Shown piece after piece: positions 54,089 to 64,000 of a stretch of 64,000 nt of DNA. Source of the DNA: Octopus sinensis. Taxonomy: Eukaryota. Where the stretch lies: assembly GCF_006345805.1 (NCBI RefSeq), contig NC_043018.1, positions 30,008,001 to 30,072,000 of the forward strand. The letters are read 5' to 3'. The position numbers were made by a program, and so were the translations under genes. The notes under the pieces were generated by a model. It was not told the DNA's origin. It saw nothing but the letters and a program-made list of their open reading frames with translations, and searched no databases. Every line of letters begins with the position of its first letter. The first letter of the stretch is position 1.

Positions 54089-56238
54089 TATATATGGGCA
54101 ATTATTTATATTATGATAGTAGTTTAGTCCGTTATATAGTGAATTATTCCATTACAATGATGGTTTAGACCATTATGTAGTGAAATATTATGTTGCAATA
54201 ATGGTTCAGTCCAAACCAGTATTTTTTATCAACCTGTATCAATAATAAAATCAATTTATAATTCAAATATCACTGGTGCTCCAATAATAAAACCAGTCTC
54301 TGATATCCTGTGTAGCGAACAATTTGCTATGTTAGCACATTTGTTACACATATAAATTGGTGTCATATTATCAAGAGTTAATAATTTATGAAATTTTGAC
54401 ATAAAAATAAAAGAAGAAATCACATTAGATTAATTCTAATGAAATCAATCATCAACATTGATTATGTATGATTTCTGCAGACATTCTTTATTTTTAGTAA
54501 AATATTAAATGTAACTAGTCCATCCACTCAATCATGCCACCGATTCCATATTTCGTGTGATGTCAATAAATCATCATTGTCTGTAGGAGTGTTTCTGTTA
54601 TAGCACAGCGTGTAAAATCCGGTTTAATTCGGACACTAAACACCAAGCAAAATGAGAACACATACATTATATTATGCGCCCACTCCTAACATGAATTCAA
54701 TATTTTCTTCGGATAGTAATTAATTTCATCTTTAATATTTGTACCTATAGTACAAAGGAATATTTATAGCCTAATCTACTTTGAGTCCCGCTGTTAAAAA
54801 CGAATTATTTCACGTTCTCTCGATGGTTCTAGATTCTTTTGACGTAAAACAACAATGACTTTTTACTTTTTGTGGCACATCAGAATCTAGTGCAGTTTTC
54901 ATTACGTGTATAGAAAATGACTATTTAAAAACCAGTTTTAGTATTAAGCTATCTTATGCAAAAAAATTCCGCAAATATTTGTGTTAAAAGCTTGGTGAAA
55001 AATAAATATCTCATAGTAATTCCATATGATACCGATTCCTTTCTACGCGGTGGGAAAATCGAGTACTATTTAGGTACTGAAATTTATGCTTTCAGATCTC
55101 TTGTTTATATTGTTTAATAATAGGTTGTATTGATTAGTTTTCTCTGTACGCTTGGTTTCAGTTGCGATTTTGTTGAAAGTAACCATCAATATTTAATTTT
55201 GTTGAATATTAGCAGTTATACTTCTGCAACGGACGGCTGAACATGATATGAAAATAACAAAAGAGGCCGATAACCTTACTGAGGTTTTTTTGTGCCGTTT
55301 CTGTCCAGTAAGTGCACATTTCATTGACAGTATCACTTTGGCAACCGTGCTAGGATTGATATATAATTGATATATTAAGTATATTTTAAAATTATCAAAT
55401 TAAACAAATACACAAGTATGTAAATCGTTACACACACACACACACACACACACAACAAAACACACACACACACACACACGCATACACACATACATACACA
55501 CGCATACACACATGGTTCAAATGTACAGGAAACAATAGGCAGAGAAAAGTAAGGGAACAACAAGTAGCTATATTATTTTCACGCTGGGGGAAAAATGGAA
55601 AAGTCAACGCTCGTTGACAAGGGAAGGAAGAAAAAAGAAATGAAAAGAGGGAGAGAGAGAGAGAGAGAGAGAGAGGGTGAAAGAAAGAGTAAGAGAGAGA
55701 AACTGCGAGAGGAAAATATATCGCGTACAATTTTACACATACACACACACAAACACGCATATATGATATATATATATATATATATACATACATACATATA
55801 TGTATATATACACATATATTTATGTATAGATATATACTTATGTATATATATGTATATTTATGTATACATATCGTAGCACTCCGTCGGTTACAACGACGAG
55901 GGTTCTAGTTGATCTGATCAGCAGAACAGCCTGCTCGTGAAATTAACGTGCAAGTGGCTGAGCACTCAACAGATATGTGTGCCCTTAACGAAGTTCTCGG
56001 GGAGATTCAGCATGACACAGTGTGTGATAAGGCAGGCCCTTAGAAATACAGGTACAACAGAAACAGGAAGAAAGAGTGAGAGAAAGTTGTGGTGAAAGCG
56101 TACAGCAGGGTTCGCCACCCCCTGCCGGAGATCGTGGAGCTTTAGGTGTTTTCGCTCAATAAACACTCACAACACCCGGTCAGGGAATCGAAACCGCGAG
56201 TCCTCTGCCCTAACAACTGGGACATTGCTCTCCACATG

Positions 56239-56280
<42 letters not shown>

Positions 56281-56386
56281 ATCAAAGAGAAATGGAATTT
56301 AATTAAAATTAAAAACATTCAATTAAGATTTACATTTCCAGTGGTCTAACGCGTAAAAAATGTTTAGTCAAAAAGACTATATATTA

Positions 56387-56670
56387 GTCATACGATATAG
56401 TGTATATTTAAACACATAGAGAATCCACTTATACACACATACATTCTACGCATTAGAAAGAACAGCTACGTTCTATGACCACAAAAAATTCGAGACAAAA
56501 TTCGACAGGAATAAATTTGGAAATGGTAAATGTTTTTCATTTCCAAATTTATTCCTGTCGAATTTTGTCCCGAAGTTTTTGTGGTCATAGAACTTAGCTG
56601 TTCTTTCTAATGCGTAGAATCCCTATTAGTGGATTCTCTATGTGTTTAAATATACACTATATCGTATGAC
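56387..56670. repeat. Near-perfect ~284-bp palindrome (arms 56387-56525 and 56538-56670)
   Basis: Arms are reverse complements with few mismatches and one short divergent patch; 12-bp spacer. Confidence 0.9.
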
Positions 56671-56708
<38 letters not shown>

Positions 56709-57164
56709 GTATACACACACACACATATATATGTACGCACATACACACATATATATATATACATCTGCGTAAGAGATAATAATGTATTCTATCAGAAACT
56801 GTAATCAATAAAGGTATTTGATGATGGCAGCACCATTATTGACACAACTGTTGCTGCCAACAAAGAAATTGCTATTATCAAAGACACCAAGGTGATTCCT
56901 TGGTACAGCAGGAAGTGTACAGAGTCGTAATATATACTTTAGAAAATTCAATCTAATTTCTTAGCTTCCTGATTTCAAACATCGCCAAGGACGTTTTTAT
57001 TATTAGCAGTTATCATTCTGGTTTCAATAAAATATTAATAAAGGAAATGAGTTAGAAGATTCGTGAAAACGCCGGGCAAAACCATTAGCGGCATTTCGTC
57101 CGTATTCAAGTCCCGAGTTTAAATTCGGCCGAGGCAGAATTGGCCTTTCATCTCTCAGGGATCT

Positions 57165-57376
57165 CTTTCACTCTTTTACTCTTTTACTCGTTTCAGTCAT
57201 CTGAATGCGGCCATGCTGGAACACCGCCTTTAGTCAAGCAAATCTACCCCGGGAATTATTCTTTGTAAGCCTAGTACTTATTCTATCGGTCTCTCTTGCC
57301 AAACCACTAAGTTACGGGGATGTAAACACACCAGCATCGGTTGTCAAGTAATGTCGGGTGGACAAACACAGACATA

Positions 57377-57458
<82 letters not shown>

Positions 57459-57629
57459 CATATATACGACGGGCTTCTTTCAGTTTCCGTCTACCAAATC
57501 CACTCACAAGGCTTTGGTCGGCCCGAGGCTATAGTAGAAGACACTTGCCCAAAGTGCCACGCAGTGGGACTGAACCCGGAACCATGTGGTTGGTAAGCAA
57601 GCTACTTATCAAACCGCCACTCCTGCGCC
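57165..57629 (-). mobile_element. SINE family A, full length
   Basis: Reverse complement of the consensus. Confidence 0.88.
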
Positions 57630-57682
57630 AAATAGTTTGAAAATAAAATATATTCTTTGCTTTTCAATCAGAAGAGAATGAT

Positions 57683-57926
57683 TTAAAGACTAAAGGATAA
57701 CAGTCTTTCTCGAGTCCCACAGACTCATAAAGCCATTTCCCCGGTTTCTGTGGCGACCAGCGCCTGGACGGGATACCAGTCCGGTATAGGATTATTCCTT
57801 TTTGCCAATAGAATTGAATGGAGCAGCGTGAAATGAAGTGTTTTGCTCAAGAACTCAACGCACCACCCAGTCCATGAAGCGAAACCGCAGTCTTACGATC
57901 CTAACCACTAAGCCGTCACCTCCTCT
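57683..57926 (-). mobile_element. SINE family C variant with a V-domain-like segment and 13-bp TSD AGAAGAGAATGAT
   Basis: TSD at 57670-57682 and 57927-57939; CCTGGACGGGATACCAGTCC segment. Confidence 0.72.
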
Positions 57927-58719
57927 AGAAGAGAATGATAATAACATACTTTTTGTTGTAAGTCTACCTGATAGGCGAAATCTGTGTGCTTAATGAAAAC
58001 ATTAGCATGGAAACACACACAAAGAAGATAATTTCCGGAAGGTTCAGTTCATAGACAGAAGGATTTGTCGAGAAATATTTTGTGTGGATTGCAATGGATA
58101 ATTTAAAATTTATTTTTCTTCAGCCCTTGTATTCATAAAACCTGTTACCTGGTTTTTATGGCTTATAAGTGACCGAGATCACAACATTACCCCGGAACGG
58201 AAGGGAACGCCGGTCTGTTGCAGGGTTAAAGGGTAGTAATTTTAAGGGGAAGGAACTTGACTAGTACTTTATTTTATCGACCCCGAAAGGATGAGAGGCC
58301 TAGTTAACGCTGGCGGGATTTGAACTCAGAACGTAAAGCGCCGGGAGAAATACCGCTCAGTATTTTGTTTCTACTGTAGGCGCAAGGCATGAAATTTGGG
58401 TGGAGGGGGTCTAGTTGATTACATCGATTCAAAGTACTTCTCTGGTACTTATTTAACGACCCCGAAGGGATGAAAGGCAAAGCTGACATCGGTGCGATTC
58501 GAACTCAGAACGTAATACTATTCATTTTGTTCGACATGCTAACGACACAATCCTGCCAGCTCACCGCTTTAGATCAGGTGATACACGGAGGATAATCCAA
58601 TAAGTTTTGTATGCTCAGGGTATCAAAGTGTTGGCTTTGCACCAATATAAGACTTCCTCATTATTGCACTGAAGTTTTATTAATTAATACGTGCTACAGA
58701 ACATACAACGACAGAGCGT

Positions 58720-58786
<67 letters not shown>

Positions 58787-58932
58787 TGTATGTATGCATT
58801 TATGTATGTATATATGTATAACTGTATTTCAGTGATATAGAAAACAACAGTGTACGTATTTACACAATGTTTCTGTAGAGATACAAAGCAAAGAGTTAAT
58901 TAAATTTCGTTCTGTTTTGGCTTCGTATATCT

Positions 58933-58976
<44 letters not shown>

Positions 58977-59467
58977 GCACATACGCATGCGCTCTCACAT
59001 GCATACACGCACACTCGCAAAGCGCTCACACAAGCACAGACATTGGAAGCTTAAATTGCTGATCAAAGGCATTAATAAGAGTGCCAGATAAATATGCAAA
59101 TTTTTATGCAAATATTATTGGCTCCAAACCAAAGCCGCAACATGAAAATTTGTTGAACAAAAACAAGACATAACTAGGAGCGGAAGAATTTTGTTTAATT
59201 GTTTAATTGTGTAAAAGAAATATAGAAATATCACCAAAGATTGACATAAGAATTCTGGATAATTTTGGAAGAGAAATTTTGAGAAAAACTAAAGAAACCG
59301 ATTTAAGGAAAAAATCAGAAAAAACAAAAACACATTAAAAGTAAAATAAAATGTAATTAGTGAAGAAAGACTTGTTTATTTTGAGGCCTTAGGTCGTGTT
59401 ATATGGGGAATGGCACGTCAAAGGTTAGATCCAACATTTCCACTGTGGGTCGTAAGAGGTAACTGAA

Positions 59468-59700
59468 GGCGGCGAGCTGGCAGAATCGTTAGCACGCCGG
59501 ACGTAATATGCTTAGTGGTATTTCGTCTGCCGTTAAGTTCTGAGTTCAAATTCCGCTGAGGTCGACTTTGCCTTTCATCCTTTCGGGGTCGATAAATTAA
59601 GTACCAGTTACGCACTGGGGTCGATATAATCGACTTAATCCGTCTGTCTGTCCTTGTTTGTCCTCTCTGTGTTTAGCCCCTTGTGGGTAGTAAAGAAATA
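59468..59700 (+). mobile_element. SINE family B, full length, TSD AGGTAACTGAA
   Basis: TSD at 59457-59467 and 59700-59710. Confidence 0.9.
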
Positions 59701-59914
59701 GGTAACTGAAAGAATTTGAGGTAGGATTTCCACTCCCGACCGCGTAAAACGTTTACCACCAACGGCAACAATTGAAACTGACCCATGAGTTTGGGGTGGG
59801 GTGGGGCGGTTGTCCCCTGAGTGGTGCAAAGGGGTAGCATCCGCCACACGAGTAGTAGGGAACCACCAACAAACGGTAGATGCAGTGACGGGCTGTTACA
59901 GCGTAAAACTCCAT

Positions 59915-59915
59915 G

Positions 59916-59955
<40 letters not shown>

Positions 59956-60159
59956 TGCTGCTACTGCTACTACTACTACTGCTACAACTACCACTACCAC
60001 TACTACTACTACTGCTGCTGCTGCTTCTACTGCTACTACTACTGCTACAACTACCACTACTACTACTACTACCACCACCACCACCACCACCACCGCCACC
60101 ACCACCACCACCACCACCACCACCACCACCAATACTACTACTACTACTACTATTACTAA

Positions 60160-60190
<31 letters not shown>
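59915..60190. repeat. (CTA/CCA/CTG)n microsatellite
   Basis: Visible array. Confidence 0.95.
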
Positions 60191-60191
<1 letters not shown>

Positions 60192-60365
60192 TGCTGTTAA
60201 GCATTTCGTCCGTCTTTATACTGAGTCCGAATTTCGTTGAGGTTGACTTTACCTTTCACTCTTTGGGGATCGATAAAATAGGTACCAATTGAAAAGTGGA
60301 GTCGATGTACTCGACTTAGCCCCTCCCCGAAATTGCTGGCCTTGTGCCAAGATTTGAAACCAATA

Positions 60366-60570
60366 TCAGGTTCCTCGTCCACACTCTCTATGAAATGGAG
60401 GTTTTCGCGGATACATCTATTCGAGAGAGCACAAGTTTGTGTACCATTAATCATACTACCAACGATAAATGCCACTCTTTTGGGTAACCTCTTGGGAAAA
60501 TCTTGACCCGTATGTCTAGCAGTTATGGACCGAAAATTGTCAATGGATTCGATCTTGTTCGAGTCCTTTA
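60366..60570 (-). pseudogene. Short Tx1-clade RT fragment
   Basis: KRVAFIVGSMINGTQTCALSNRCIRENLHFI aligns with ERLALVIGKLVDRAQTCAVPGKTIHDNLHLM in the ORF at 552-2507. Confidence 0.7.
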
Positions 60571-60610
60571 TCAGCGAACAAAACACTTTCTTTACTCATA
60601 CATATATATA

Positions 60611-60693
<83 letters not shown>

Positions 60694-60698
<5 letters not shown>

Positions 60699-60870
60699 GC
60701 CTATATAAACACGGATAATTTAGCTGGTTCTCCGTAGACTGAAAAAAAGTTGAACAGCCATAATCGATTTTCGGACCTTAATTGAATTCTCATCAGTGGT
60801 GTCTATATCAATTTGACCAAATACCAGAAAAAGAAGCACTCAATCTGTTTATATACTCAACAAATCCACC
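60694..60870 (-). mobile_element. H4 element with canonical-core hammerhead motif at 60754-60802
   Basis: Reverse complement of 62515-62690; CUGAUGA...GAA-AAUCGAUU-A. Confidence 0.75.
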
Positions 60871-61486
60871 AAGAGGTCGCTGAACAAATCTGGCATATGA
60901 AAATAAAGCTCATCTAGTAGATCAACAAAATATGAAGTGATTGTTACCTCAAGCAATTAGCCATCACTCATCGTATTTCTTTAGCCATTATAAAATTTTC
61001 ACAGCTCTTCGCATCCGTTGCCGGAAGTCGTGGCTAATCGTCGAGATAGGTGTGTGTTTCCATTTGTAAGTATTTGTACATTTTTGTTTATGGCCCTTCA
61101 AGATACCCTATTTCGTCGGTATGCCTTGCTTTTAGTTCGTTTAGTATGGTTTTTGCGTTGGGAATAGGTGGGGGAGCATAATATAATTGGTAGATATTTC
61201 ATGAGTTTATAGAACTAAGTAGAAATAATAGACTCGTGGAAAGAGCTTGGAGAGGAATGTGTCCAACCAAACGAAACTTTGACCCAGATAAACTTTGTGT
61301 AGACTAAACTTCTCGTTTTGGTAGTTTGGCTCCATAGAATACAGGATAACCATTCCATTCAATAGCTAGATTAGAAACTAGAAACTTGGAAGAAACTCTC
61401 TCAGACGATTTATTGAAACGAATTATCACGGTCATCGTCCACTTCATTTATCAACAAACTGACAAATTCAACAGTTTAGAAGAAAA

Positions 61487-61529
<43 letters not shown>

Positions 61530-61661
61530 AGAGACATAGAGAGAGAGACATAAAGAGAGAGAAACAGAGAGAGACACAGAGAGAGAAAGAAAGAGACAGA
61601 CAGATAGACAGAGAGGGAGAGAGAAAGAGAGAAAAGGGGAGAGAGAAAAGGAGAGAGAGAC

Positions 61662-61716
<55 letters not shown>

Positions 61717-62514
61717 AAGAAAGTGAACGAGGGGGTATTTAATGGATTGTATTGTGAAAATGGCGGAAACTATATTTGCGTTTATCGAGAGTCAGCGATT
61801 CTTGAAAAAACAAAATAATAAATAAAGGGAAAAACAGGAAAAAAGAAAAGAAAAACCTGCAAAAAAATAATAAATAAACAAACAGAATTTCATATATGAA
61901 TTGAATTCCGTCTCACGGTCTGCTGCCTTCTAAATCCGAACTAGTGATGTCTTGTAGAGAGTAAGACAGACTAACAAACAGATAAGTAAACATAGGTGGA
62001 CATACATAAACGGGTATTTCTATGTATCTGTGACGAGTTTGCTGATGGTGGTGCAGTGTTTAGGTGACCGGATTATCAGCAAAAAGGTCAGTCGTTCGTA
62101 TTTTGCCTTCAGCGATTTTGTTGCGTTTATAGACAAGATACGAAACTAACAAGTAACTCACTCTGCTTTGCGTGGAAACGGAGACGAGAGGAATAGGGAG
62201 AGTTGGAAGTTATAGCAGTATCATCTTCATCTTCAGTCACCGGATTGCGGCCATGCTGGGGCATCGTCTTGAAGGGATATTGGTTGAAATGAACCCTCTC
62301 GGTACATATTATTTTTTTCAAAGTTTGCTACTTATTCTATCGGTCTCTTTTGCCGTACCACTAATTTACAGGGAGGTAAACAAGCCAACACCGGTTGGGA
62401 AGCAGTTGTGAGGGAACTAGCACAGACACAAAGACACAAATAAGCTCCTGATATTTAAGAATAAAGTGTTAACGTTTACAATATGCAAGTTAGTAGCACC
62501 AGTTCTCTGAGGCT

Positions 62515-62684
62515 GGTGGATTTGTTTAGTATATAAACAGATTGAGTGCTTCTTTCTCTGGTATTTGGTCAAATTGATATAGACACCACTGATGAGAATT
62601 CAATTAGGTCCGAAAATCGATTATGGCTGTTCATCTTTTTTTCAGTCTACGGAGAACCAGCTAAATTATCCGTGTTTATATAGG

Positions 62685-62690
<6 letters not shown>
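62515..62690 (+). mobile_element. H4 element with canonical-core hammerhead motif at 62583-62630
   Basis: Stem I ACACCA/UGG(C)UGU, core 62589-62595, weak stem II closed by G-C, GAA, palindrome AAUCGAUU, A17 at 62623. Confidence 0.75.
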
Positions 62691-62752
<62 letters not shown>

Positions 62753-63311
62753 ATTTATGTATGTGTGTATACATGCACACATATATGCGACTGGTTTTCA
62801 CACAGTTTTCGTCTATCAAATTCACGAACAAGGCATTGATCGACCCAGAGCTGTAGAAGAAGTTGCTGCGCGGTGGAATTGAACCGAAACTAAGTGGCAG
62901 TAAAGCGAGATACTCAACCATACAATCATGCACGCGTGTATACAGTTGTATAAAACTGAAGAAGTTATTGTTGTCTTGGAGTACTGAGTTCAATTCAACC
63001 CATAAGAATAATTATTGGCAATAGACTGGGGCTTTATATGTAAGGGTTTCTAAGTTTGGCATAAGGTCAGGGTTTTAGTGGAGGGGGCTTAGTCTAGTCG
63101 ATTACGTCCACCACAATACAAGACTAGTACTTATTTTACTGAGCTCTAATGGATAAAAGGCAAAGTTGGCCATGGCAGGATTTGAACTCAAAACGTACAC
63201 AGCCGAAGGAAATGCCATTAAACATTTTGCCCGATGTGTTAGCGATTCCACCAGCTCTCTCTCTCCCTTTCTTGTTGATGGGGGTATATTCGAAGGTATT
63301 ATCAAGGAAAG

Positions 63312-63541
63312 ATGACGAGCTGGTAGAAACGTTAACGCGCCGGACGAAATGCTTTGCGGTATTTCGTCCGCCGCTGCGTTCTGAGTTCAAATTCCACCGA
63401 GGTCAACTTTACCTTTCATCCTTTCAGGGTCGATAAATTAAGGACCAGTTACGCACTGGGGTCGATATGATCGACTTAATCCGTTTGTCTGTCCTTGTTT
63501 GTCCTCTCTGTGTTTAGCCCCTTGTGGTAGGTAAAGAAATA
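63312..63541 (+). mobile_element. SINE family B, full length, 18-bp TSD AGGTATTATCAAGGAAAG
   Basis: TSD at 63294-63311 and 63541-63558. Confidence 0.88.
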
Positions 63542-64000
63542 GGTATTATCAAGGAAAGGAAAGGCTTGAAGTTAAGACCGAAACTGGAAGTAGTAGTAGT
63601 AGTGTCAACTTAATAATGTTACTGATGCATTGTAGAGCTGAGGACTGGCATTAGACAGATTTTCTTCTGACCTCAAGTGCTTAGTTTGGCTATTGAATGG
63701 TATTTATTTACTAAATCATCCTAACCTTTCATTCCCAATGGGGCATATGCCATCAAGGAATTTTCTTCACTGTTCTCGATTCGGAGCTGTCTGTTCTGCT
63801 TTTCTCCAGTTGCATCACTGCTTTTTCAAGACCCCTGCCCCAATATCTTGCCACCAGTTATTTCCAGAGCATCTCTTCCACCCCGCATCACCTTTTGGCT
63901 TCTAAGTCACCCCGAGAGAAAACCTTTTGAGTTCCAAGTCATCCAGGACTTGTTGGTTTTGAAATCTCATCAAAACTTCTGTAAGTTTGCTTGTTTCTTT

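Noticed and set aside
60800-60882. CLYQFDQIPEKEALN peptide as a Penelope RT fragment
   Set aside because: Too short, bounded by stops, and antisense to the hammerhead; likely chance.
62085-62160. GUAUUUUG/CAAGAUAC hairpin followed by GAAAC as a hammerhead
   Set aside because: No CUGANGA-like core on either strand.

Overview
Eukaryotic, AT-rich, repeat-saturated non-coding DNA with a 100-N gap at 16656-16755. The microsatellite and SINE content resembles a coleoid cephalopod (octopus-like) genome; that assignment is inference from remembered repeat families. No host protein-coding gene is supported, and most ORF-track entries are microsatellite translations. Real coding remnants are all transposon-derived: Tx1/L1-clade RT (one near-intact copy plus three fragments), two CR1-clade RT fragments, an RTE-like 3' end, and two Tc1/mariner remnants. 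There are four tRNA-derived SINE families, a non-autonomous Helitron family and several MITE/foldback elements. The most interesting signal is a set of at least five unrelated short (about 150-250 bp), mostly (TA)n-flanked elements. Each carries a minimal type I hammerhead-ribozyme fold: stem I, core, stem II, GAA, a self-complementary stem III, then the cleavage triplet. Their cores include canonical CUGANGA and non-canonical versions (A3-U8 and G3-C8 swaps of the C3-G8 pair, U4C, A6U). They repeatedly occur as divergent pairs. All folds were read by eye and none was computed. SINE and microsatellite boundaries are approximate.
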